From Bacillota bacterium (GTDB lineage Bacteria; Bacillota; Sulfobacillia; Sulfobacillales; Sulfobacillaceae), in assembly GCA_026627065.1 (NCBI GenBank), contig JAPNUO010000010.1, positions 14,179 through 78,178 on the forward strand: DNA of 64,000 bases. Direction: 5' to 3'. The translations under genes were made by a program, and so were the position numbers. Below, one piece after another: positions 56,943-64,000 of the stretch. The notes beneath the pieces are model-generated. The model had not been told where the DNA came from. It searched no databases and saw only the letters and a program-made list of their open reading frames with translations. Each line of letters begins with the position of its first letter. Positions within the stretch are counted from its first letter, which is position 1.

Positions 56943-57473
56943 CTACCGCAAGTGCTGAAGATCAGTCGCCAATTTCTCTGGGCTCAACGGCCGCAGAGAT
57001 CGGTCATCATCACCCGCTGGCGCCTGGTCTCGAGGGGGCTCAAGGTCCGTGTGCCATCGCGCGGTACGGTTCACGAACCCCAGGGCAAACAGCTTCCTCC
57101 CGTTAACGTCACATGCATCGGACCGTACGATCACCGCCAATTGGGCAGGATTTCCAGCCACTTCGGTGCGGAGCGTCACGCTTAACTGAGAGTAAGACGA
57201 TAATGCCAAGAGACTATCTGTAACACAACTCTTAATTCTCATGACGTGGCACTCCCGTCTGACGCGCTGAGCGGTTATCTCGGTTCTCCAACCCGCTTCA
57301 GAACGCCATTTCTTGAGTGTCCACGCGCGCAAAAGGTCGTCTTCTGGGGTCGGGGAGCCGTTTGATCCCGATCGGATGTTGGGGGCACCCAGCATATGAC
57401 GAGAAGACCAATCCACGGCGTATAAGCGTATAATGTGCAGAGAAGTTCTGTCATCCCACGCAAGATCAGGCAA
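56943..57473 (-). CDS. hypothetical ORF (doubtful)
   Basis: 176-aa ORF in a lower-GC stretch. No recognisable family and no convincing SD. It starts 11 nt from hicA. Confidence 0.2.
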   Translation of the reverse strand: MPDLAWDDRTSLHIIRLYAVDWSSRHMLGAPNIRSGSNGSPTPEDDLLRAWTLKKWRSEAGWRTEITAQRVRRECHVMRIKSCVTDSLLALSSYSQLSVTLRTEVAGNPAQLAVIVRSDACDVNGRKLFALGFVNRTARWHTDLEPPRDQAPAGDDDRSLRPLSPEKLATDLQHLR

Positions 57474-57484
57474 CTCATGGCGGA

Positions 57485-57688
57485 TTGCAACGTGCGGGAT
57501 TTGTTGCCTTGCCCCGGCGGGGCAAGGGTAGTCATTCCGTATGGCGACATCCCGCCTATCCCGAGGTTCCCGCCGTGACCTTAGCCGGGAATCCGGGCGA
57601 CGATGCCAAACCGTACCAAGAACAGGATGTACGAGACGCGTTAGCCCTAGTGAAAGGACGGGAACAGCACCATGAAGGCGAGCGATAG
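57485..57688 (+). CDS. hicA: HicA-family toxin (possibly N-terminally eroded)
   Basis: LQRAGFVALPRRGKGSHSVWRHP...VTLAGNPGDDAKPYQEQDVRDAL fits HicA. Only a TTG start is available, and homology seems to continue upstream without any start codon. Confidence 0.7.
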   Translation: MQRAGFVALPRRGKGSHSVWRHPAYPEVPAVTLAGNPGDDAKPYQEQDVRDALALVKGREQHHEGER

Positions 57689-57932
57689 CCCGTTACGGTA
57701 CTCGATGCTCATTCGATGGTCCGACGACGACCAAGTCTATATTGTCGAAGTGCCAGAATTGCCTGGCTGTAAAACCCACGGCAAAACGTATGAAGAGGCC
57801 TTGACGCAAGCGCAGGACGCCATTGAGGCGTGGATCTATGGACACCGCGCGGCAGGCTATCCCATTCCGAAGCCTGCGGTCTATCATGCGTCGGATGCCA
57901 GGGTTTCGCACCCATTGCGGCAGTCGCAATAA
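57672..57932 (+). CDS. hicB: HicB-family antitoxin
   Basis: 86 aa. YSMLIRWSDDDQVYIVEVPELPGCKTHGKTYEEALTQAQDAIEAWI is the UPF0150/HicB fold. It overlaps hicA by 17 nt. Confidence 0.8.
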   Translation: MKASDSPLRYSMLIRWSDDDQVYIVEVPELPGCKTHGKTYEEALTQAQDAIEAWIYGHRAAGYPIPKPAVYHASDARVSHPLRQSQ

Positions 57933-58363
57933 CCACCGTCTTCGCGTCGCCCAGGAAGCGCAGGACCTCTCGCCCCAACCTTGAGTTTGACTTAACATCC
58001 AAAAAAATGGCGAGAGGATGCGGAGGGGACGGAGCCATGGCACTACGCCCGGCTAATGCTCAGCGGAATGGGCCCCGTGGCGTGCAGCAGAAGGATTGGT
58101 GGTCACCGACCGTCAGCGGCACGGCTTGGACTCATTCCCAAACGCCAAAACCGCCGATGACATCACGCCGTGCGCCTGGCATCCAGAACTGGACGGACCC
58201 TTGAGCGAACGCCGCCATGCGTGGCTCCCGGAGCGCGTTCCGCAGCGGTTGGACGCACGGATATTTTCCCTGGGTTGCTTCCAGCACGTATTCCGGACCT
58301 AAACCTTGCCAATTTTGATTAATCATAGATGGACTATTGCTGAGCGCCAAATAATCGCTGGCT

Positions 58364-58980
58364 CTACGTCGATGATTGTGGGATCTCCGCGACAGGCAGG
58401 AAGCCCAGACCCACCTGGCGCCGATAGCGGTCCCGATGGCGGAACCCATCGCTGATCCGTTTGCGGAAGTTGATTTTGGTGTGATAGCCTTCCATCAGGC
58501 CATTGGTCCAGCGCTGAGGTTACGTCCTACAACCCAGGATTTCGCGACGTCACCGCCGGATTGTGCGGACCCATACGCCACCTTCGGCATAGTTGCCGGC
58601 TTCCGCATTGGGGAGCCCACGCTCTCAGGCCTCGCGCCTCCGCTGGTGTCTGGGCGCGGAACCACGCCCGTCAATCCTCCGTGAGGTGATCCCGCGGTCC
58701 CCTGAGCGAGCCAGCAAGACGGAATCTCGGCGAGTTGCACTGTTGCCGCAGCGTTCAGCGTTAGGGTTCGGCCCCCGTGACCCGCGGCCACCGCGGAATG
58801 GCCGTTCGGGCTTCCATCTGTTCGAGGTGGCGATGGCCGTCCTGAATTGTAAAAAAGGCCTGAGCTACAATAAAGTATCCGCCCCCCTGGTCTGCACACG
58901 AAAACGGCATCATCCTGAACACAGAGCGATTCGGGCGCAGACCCTGTAACCCATTCGGTAGGTTTCGGGAGGTCGCTCAT
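58364..58980 (-). pseudogene. ISL3-family transposase remnant
   Basis: The minus-strand frame ending at the TAG (58364-58366) reads RWTNGLMEGYHTKINFRKRISDGFRHRDRYRRQVGLGFLP, which is the ISL3 C-terminal signature. Upstream sequence continues only after a frameshift, and no intact DDE region is present. Confidence 0.45.
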
Positions 58981-59106
58981 TTCAGACGGTCGCAGAGGTC
59001 CCAGGACTCACAACAATCGATGAGAACAACAGGATTTACTCAGAAAACTAAAGTAGAGAGAAATTCGCGACGGAGTCCGCGTATCGGCCCAGTGCATTGA
59101 GGGGGA

Positions 59107-60126
59107 TTACCGCCCTCTTGCGCTCACCCGGGTTTCTAACAGCCCTTGGGCCAAAGGTTCCAAGGCCAGTTGGTTTACGCGGATAACTATCTCTCGTGCG
59201 TCCTGGGGCAACGCGTCCACCCCCCAAAGAGCACCGCCCATGGCGCCCACGAGAGCTGCAATGGTGTCGGTGTCGCCCCCCACCGAGGCAGCCGCGCCCA
59301 GAGCTTCCCAGAGATTGTCGCCAAATGCGGCAAGCACGGCAAAGGCTGCCGGGATCGATTCCTGAGTGGCCACGCTAGTACCCACCAGGCGATCGAGAAT
59401 TTCCAGCAGTTCGTCGGTGGGGCCGTAACGCTGGGCTAAGGACACCGCCCATTGAATTCGCGTCGCCACATCTGCCCCTGCCATCCAGTGGCCGCGCGCC
59501 GCCCCGAGCGCGGCTGCGCGCACCGCGAGTTCGATGGCCTCGTGAAGCAAAGCCCCGTCCACGCCGGCGCTCACCACGGCCGCCACGGCAGCAGCGCCGG
59601 CAATCGCCAGCCCCGTGTTGTGGGTGATGCGGCTGACTTCTTCCACAACATCCACCAACCGCGGTAGCGGCTCGGCGCCCACGGCCACCCCAATCGGCGC
59701 GATGCGCATGGCCGCCCCATTCGTCGTGCCGAAGCGGCCGGTTTGTTCGAGACTTTCTCCCGCTTGCAAGGCAGACAGCGCGTGGCGCGTGGACGGGCCC
59801 AAGAGATCGAGCGAGCCCTGGCGCCGCATCCTGTCTTCCCACGCTAAGAGGCGCCGGGCCCACTCATACGGATCAAAATGCCCCTGGCAGTCAATCCACA
59901 ACTGGGCCAGCAATAGCGCTTGCTCGGTGTCGTCGGTCACCCGGCCCCGCGCCATACCCCGGGCAATCGGGTGATCGGGCGGCGCCGGTTCGAACGCCGT
60001 GATGCGCGGACCAAAGCGGTCGCGGATGACGCTCCGAGGCAGTGACTGCGTCGGCATCCCCAGTGCATCCCCCACCGCCAAGCCCGTCAGCGCCCCGAGC
60101 GCATGGCCGAGTCGCGTCTCGCTCAT
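59107..60126 (-). CDS. ADP-ribosylglycohydrolase family protein
   Basis: 339 aa. N-terminal GALTGLAVGDALGMPTQ and C-terminal GGDTDTIAALVGAMGGA metal-site motifs. Confidence 0.9.
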   Translation of the reverse strand: MSETRLGHALGALTGLAVGDALGMPTQSLPRSVIRDRFGPRITAFEPAPPDHPIARGMARGRVTDDTEQALLLAQLWIDCQGHFDPYEWARRLLAWEDRMRRQGSLDLLGPSTRHALSALQAGESLEQTGRFGTTNGAAMRIAPIGVAVGAEPLPRLVDVVEEVSRITHNTGLAIAGAAAVAAVVSAGVDGALLHEAIELAVRAAALGAARGHWMAGADVATRIQWAVSLAQRYGPTDELLEILDRLVGTSVATQESIPAAFAVLAAFGDNLWEALGAAASVGGDTDTIAALVGAMGGALWGVDALPQDAREIVIRVNQLALEPLAQGLLETRVSARGR

Positions 60127-60692
60127 GACGGCTCACCTAAAATCTCGTTTACCGTCACAATGCGAATCTGGGGGCGATAGAGGGCCATCACGTCCAGGGC
60201 GCGCCGGTGTGACTCCTCATTGACCCCGCGGCAGGCATCGGCCACCACATCCACGTAAACCCCGCCGTCAGCGGCGGCCAACGCCGTAGACAGCACGCAG
60301 CAATCCGTACTAACGCCGGCAAGGATCATGCGGTGGCCTGGTTTCAACAGCGCCTGCATTGCCGGTGTCCATTTGCTAAAGGTGGTCGCGTCAATGCGGA
60401 TGCCTTCGACCTCGCGAAATGCGTCCATGAGAACGTAGTCTGGGCTGTCTTCCGGCTGCAAGGCAAACGGCCAGTCGCGGTAATACGCCTGCCACGCGCC
60501 CTCCGGGTGCACCGGGGCCAGAAACCGCGTAAAGCATACCTGGGGAGCCGCCCACCGAATGAGCCGCTGAATGGGCTCGACAATTTCCTGGATGCCGGGA
60601 GTGGCCCAAGGGCTGTCGGGGCGCTCAAATATGCGTTGCATATCCACAACGACAAGCCACTGAGACCCATTGAAAGTGTTCGTGATCGCCAT
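60123..60692 (-). CDS. isochorismatase-family cysteine hydrolase (nicotinamidase-like)
   Basis: 189 aa with LVVVDMQ and GVSTDCCVLSTALAA. Its stop overlaps the ARH ATG (ATGA). Confidence 0.9.
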   Translation of the reverse strand: MAITNTFNGSQWLVVVDMQRIFERPDSPWATPGIQEIVEPIQRLIRWAAPQVCFTRFLAPVHPEGAWQAYYRDWPFALQPEDSPDYVLMDAFREVEGIRIDATTFSKWTPAMQALLKPGHRMILAGVSTDCCVLSTALAAADGGVYVDVVADACRGVNEESHRRALDVMALYRPQIRIVTVNEILGEPS

Positions 60693-60762
60693 TGTTCCAG
60701 CTCCTTTGAGACTTTTCTCCTGAGCTTGCCCATTCCGCTCGCGCGCCGCGGAGCCATTCCCG

Positions 60763-63510
60763 CTAGCCCGCCGCTACCGACAATGGCACGTCGCCCTCCA
60801 GAAACGGTATCGCCAAAAGGCCCGACGGCACTGGGCGATCGAGATAATCGGTGCCGGCCCAGTAATGGTTGGCAGCGGTATTGTACACCCGAAGCTCCAA
60901 CTGATTGCCCCGCGGCTTGAGAATGGCTGCAGGCACGTCAAAGACATAAGGCGCCCATCCCCGACGGCCAATCGCGCAGCCGTTGAGAAATCCTTCCACA
61001 GCGCTCACCACGGCGGGCAGGCAAAGGCGCCACCGGGACCCCTCGCGGTAATCCGGCAGATCAAACGTACATTCGTAGACGCCGCACCCGGAAAAGGTGG
61101 AAAAGCCCTGAACTTCCCAGCCTCGGCTCACGTCAATGGCCACACGGCGGCCAGTGTCCATGGCCGGGTGAAATGTCCAACCTGAATCGAGCCACACCCG
61201 CCGCTGTCCGGGGCCATGGTCGTAGGAGAGCTGGAACAGTGGCCCCGTCCCGACGCCGACGGCGCCGGGCTCGGTCATGACCCGAAGGCACAGAAGTTCT
61301 TCCGGACCAAGCAAGACGAGCAGCCGATCTGCCGGATCGGTCGGCGTCACCCGGCTCACACGGCCGGTGTCCGGCTCCCACCGCTCGACGGCGCGCATAG
61401 GTGCGGGCAACATCACTGTCACGGACCTCGGGGTATGGCTTTCGTTAAAAAGCACTACCCGCCAGGCCTCGGAATCGCAGCCCACCCACTGCCATACGGA
61501 GGGCTCAGCCCAAGGGCGCTCGTGCCGAAGCGGCCAGATCATCTCCCTGTCCCAAGGCGGCAAGCCCTCAAACGTCACAATGTTGGCGTAGCGGTCGGCG
61601 AGGCGTTGCCATGCTTGGGCCACCCCACGGTCCCCCCTCTGGTCCTGGGAGTATTCAGGGTGGGGTTCGCTGGCAAGAATCATCCCCCCGGCTTCGGCAA
61701 ATTTTTCGATGACGTCTAGTGTTCGCTGCCCCGCCAGGGTCGTCACGCCAGGCAGCACCAGGGCTCGGAAGGCGTGCCCCACCATGTTCAGGGTGCCCGT
61801 TTGAACTTGTGCCGCCATTAAATCGCGTTCGTCCACAAACAAGTAACTGTAGCCGTGCCGCGACAAGCCTTCGGCCCAGGATGCCACGTGCTCTCCATAG
61901 AGGTGCTCAGGGCCTTCGGCCCAGGCCGTGCGCAGCGGAAAGAGGATGGCGACCTCGGGAACCAGCTCGCCGCCCTCCAGAAACGCCGAAAGGCGGGCGG
62001 ATTCCTCGGCCAGCGCCCGATGAAACGGCCACCAGGGTTCAAAATTCATGCCGGGGGCAAAATCAAACCGCGGATTGACCAAGGGCGTCTGATCATGTGG
62101 CCACCCGTCGGTTTGATAAAAGGCGTGACACAAATATTGGCGGGCCCCGTGCAGGTGCAAGCGGATGATTTGCGCCCTCAGCGCTTCCAAGGTCAAGTCC
62201 CAGCGTCCCGCATATTGCCCGGCCCGCGGCCCCGCGAAATACTGCTCGACGATGCACCCGCGCCGCCCATGAGCCCGCGCCGCCGAGTCGGCGAGCTTCG
62301 CGCTCAACATCGCGCCGGTGCCTTCCGCATCGGCGGCGGTCACGTCGCGATGGGCATCGACCCCAAAGTAATCCAGGCCGAAGTTCACGCGCAGATCCCA
62401 CTGGCGAAAGGCCCCGTGCAGGTGCCACGAATTCACGTGCCCCAGGACCTCGTGACCCGTCAAGTCGAGGCCGCGGTGCCGAAGCCAGGCGTGCAACGTC
62501 CCGAGAAACGCCTCCTGGGTTAAGCGCGACAACGCTTCGTACACGTCGCAGCGGATGGCGCGCGTGCTCCCGCCGACATCCCGCACCAACGCCAAGAAGA
62601 GGACGCCTAAGGGCACGGCATGCTTTGCGGTCAAACGCCGGCCCAGCTCCTCGGCGTACGGCAGGCTTGTGCGAAGATTCCCATGATGTTCGCGCCAGGC
62701 AAAAAACGTCGCGTGCGGTTGATCAAAAAACGCGAACCGGACGGTGGTGCCGAGTTCCGAAGCCAGAAGCTGGGCTAAAGGTTCATAAGTGACGGCAATA
62801 AAGCGTTCCGCCGATTGCCGCATCAAGTAATTGGGCACCCGCGAGGTCAGCGAGCGGGCAAACACAAAAACGGTCACCCAGCCCCGAAAATTGCCCGGCA
62901 AGGACACCTCTACGCGACACCCCTGCCCCGAGGTTTCCACCAGCCGCGCCCGGTCGGTCACGTCGCGGATGTCGCTCACGTCCCGAATGCGCTCTGGGTA
63001 GCTGACCGCAGCCAGAATCTGCCACGCTCCCCATCGGCTTTCCCCGCCCTCAAATTGCCACGCCAAGCCCGCACGTCCCAACGCTTCCACCGCAGGGCGA
63101 ATGTCCGAGATCTCCAGGGCCACCCGCCTCCCAGCACCGCCAGCTGTCGCCCAAAACACATGCGCTTCGCGCAGGTCGTCAGCGCCCTCGACAGTGCGGC
63201 CCCCTGCCATTCCGCTTTGCCAGGCGTACTCATCGTAAATGCCGACCTGCATTCCGTGCTGTCGGGCTTCGAGAACCGCTAGGCGATAGGCGTGAAAATA
63301 GGCTTCGCTCAGATATTCGGACAACGGAAAGGCCAAGCGGGGCTGAATGAGAAATGTCCGAAATCCTCCCGCCGCCATGTCCTGCACTTGGCGCCGAATT
63401 TCGCGGGGCGTGGGAACGCGGTGCCAGAACCAGTACGTGGCGGGATAATGGGCGGATGTGGGCGAGCGAAAGAGTTCCGTGCCGGGGGCGGGTTGGAGAG
63501 ACACGTTCAT
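60763..63510 (-). CDS. large cytoplasmic glycoside-hydrolase-like protein with C-terminal jelly-roll domain (GH106-like?)
   Basis: 915 aa. N-terminal YPATYWFWHRVPTPREIRRQVQDMAAGGF. The C-terminal GCGVYECTFDLP...VEGFLNGCAIGRRGWAPYVFDV...GNQLELRVYNTAANHY resembles the glycosylhydrolase-like jelly-roll. The family assignment is by eye only. Confidence 0.7.
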   Translation of the reverse strand: MNVSLQPAPGTELFRSPTSAHYPATYWFWHRVPTPREIRRQVQDMAAGGFRTFLIQPRLAFPLSEYLSEAYFHAYRLAVLEARQHGMQVGIYDEYAWQSGMAGGRTVEGADDLREAHVFWATAGGAGRRVALEISDIRPAVEALGRAGLAWQFEGGESRWGAWQILAAVSYPERIRDVSDIRDVTDRARLVETSGQGCRVEVSLPGNFRGWVTVFVFARSLTSRVPNYLMRQSAERFIAVTYEPLAQLLASELGTTVRFAFFDQPHATFFAWREHHGNLRTSLPYAEELGRRLTAKHAVPLGVLFLALVRDVGGSTRAIRCDVYEALSRLTQEAFLGTLHAWLRHRGLDLTGHEVLGHVNSWHLHGAFRQWDLRVNFGLDYFGVDAHRDVTAADAEGTGAMLSAKLADSAARAHGRRGCIVEQYFAGPRAGQYAGRWDLTLEALRAQIIRLHLHGARQYLCHAFYQTDGWPHDQTPLVNPRFDFAPGMNFEPWWPFHRALAEESARLSAFLEGGELVPEVAILFPLRTAWAEGPEHLYGEHVASWAEGLSRHGYSYLFVDERDLMAAQVQTGTLNMVGHAFRALVLPGVTTLAGQRTLDVIEKFAEAGGMILASEPHPEYSQDQRGDRGVAQAWQRLADRYANIVTFEGLPPWDREMIWPLRHERPWAEPSVWQWVGCDSEAWRVVLFNESHTPRSVTVMLPAPMRAVERWEPDTGRVSRVTPTDPADRLLVLLGPEELLCLRVMTEPGAVGVGTGPLFQLSYDHGPGQRRVWLDSGWTFHPAMDTGRRVAIDVSRGWEVQGFSTFSGCGVYECTFDLPDYREGSRWRLCLPAVVSAVEGFLNGCAIGRRGWAPYVFDVPAAILKPRGNQLELRVYNTAANHYWAGTDYLDRPVPSGLLAIPFLEGDVPLSVAAG

Positions 63511-63511
63511 C

Positions 63512-64000
63512 TCACTTCCGGGCCAGACGGAGCAGGCTTGCCGGAGGCGCTTCTTCTTGCCGCCTCACTGTGCGGCGACCGACCAGCAGCCACCCAACAA
63601 ATCCAATGGCGAGTGCAAGCACGACGCCGAGATTCCCCGAGGCCCAAACGCCCGTCTTGCCTCCTAATCCCAACGGTCCCAACAAGTACCCTTGCCAGTT
63701 GAGCCACCCGGCCGACGTGTTGACCACCGTGCCCCAGCCAACAGCGGTCCCCAGCAGCACCAAAAGCGTCGCCCCCACATTCACCGATTGGTACACGCCC
63801 TGGGGGTCATAGAGGGCCTCGTCCTGGTAGGGCTTCTGGCGCAAGGCCAGATCCGCCAACATCACTCCGCACCAGGCGGCAATGGGCACGCCGATCGTCA
63901 CCAAGAACCCTTCAAACGGCCCCAAAAAATTCTGAGAGGAAAAGAAGACAATGTAAATGGTTCCGAGAATCATAATCGTGCCGTCAATGCTGCTGGCCAA
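63512..64000 (-). CDS. NCS1-family (purine-cytosine/allantoin-type) permease, 3' part only
   Basis: The C-terminal 162 aa include the last TM helices and a charged tail. The ORF runs off the window edge, and its stop is 1 nt from the next gene's start. Confidence 0.75.
   Translation of the reverse strand: MASSIDGTIMILGTIYIVFFSSQNFLGPFEGFLVTIGVPIAAWCGVMLADLALRQKPYQDEALYDPQGVYQSVNVGATLLVLLGTAVGWGTVVNTSAGWLNWQGYLLGPLGLGGKTGVWASGNLGVVLALAIGFVGWLLVGRRTVRRQEEAPPASLLRLARK

Noticed and set aside
58132-58449. 105-aa minus-strand ORF and neighbouring small ORFs between hicB and the IS relic
   Set aside because: It partly overlaps the ISL3 C-terminal reading frame in another frame and has no start context. 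It is regarded as debris.

Overview
This is a high-GC chromosome segment. Hand counts on sample 60-nt lines give about 60-67% GC in most genes. The T-box leader, the ArgR/AhrC-type repressor with an ARG box, and the many ATGA/GTGA stop-start overlaps suggest a Gram-positive-type organism, possibly an acidophilic Sulfobacillus-like Firmicute; that assignment is inference only.

Content in order:
(1) Branched-chain amino-acid genes ilvC, an IlvM-like ACT protein behind a T-box leader, ilvD and leuCD. This cluster is interrupted by a merA plus CmtR-like ArsR/SmtB mercury module.
(2) An HTH protein, a DmpA-type aminopeptidase coupled to an APC permease, and an acyl-CoA synthetase coupled to a Trp-rich unknown protein.
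(3) A cell-wall cluster: murE divergent from a DD-carboxypeptidase and L,D-transpeptidase pair. A second, inverted L,D-transpeptidase paralog lies 12 kb away.
(4) A divergent DUF2309 (DabA-like) and NuoL/MrpA-like (DabB-like) pair followed by a small wHTH gene. I read this as a DAB-type energy-coupled CO2-hydrating inorganic-carbon pump, and it is my top candidate for the interesting system.
(5) argR-argF-argG-argH.
(6) A GT-C-like membrane glycosyltransferase, and a tightly overlapping msrA-VOC-P450-histidine phosphatase operon opposite a MarR-MFS pair.
(7) An island of about 8.6 kb with visibly lower GC (about 42-55%). It carries a glycerol catabolic operon (APC permease, fused GlpA-like flavoprotein, CoxG-like protein, glpK) and a GntR regulator, followed by decayed integrase, HEPN and MNT fragments.
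(8) An SDR, a catalytically dead rhomboid-like protein, bioY, MFS genes and a GDPD-MFS pair.
(9) A leaderless beta-helix protein, hicAB and an ISL3 transposase remnant.
(10) An NCS1 permease, GH-like protein, isochorismatase and ADP-ribosylglycohydrolase operon.

I found no rRNA, tRNA or CRISPR array. All functional calls come from motif recognition by eye; no database search was run.
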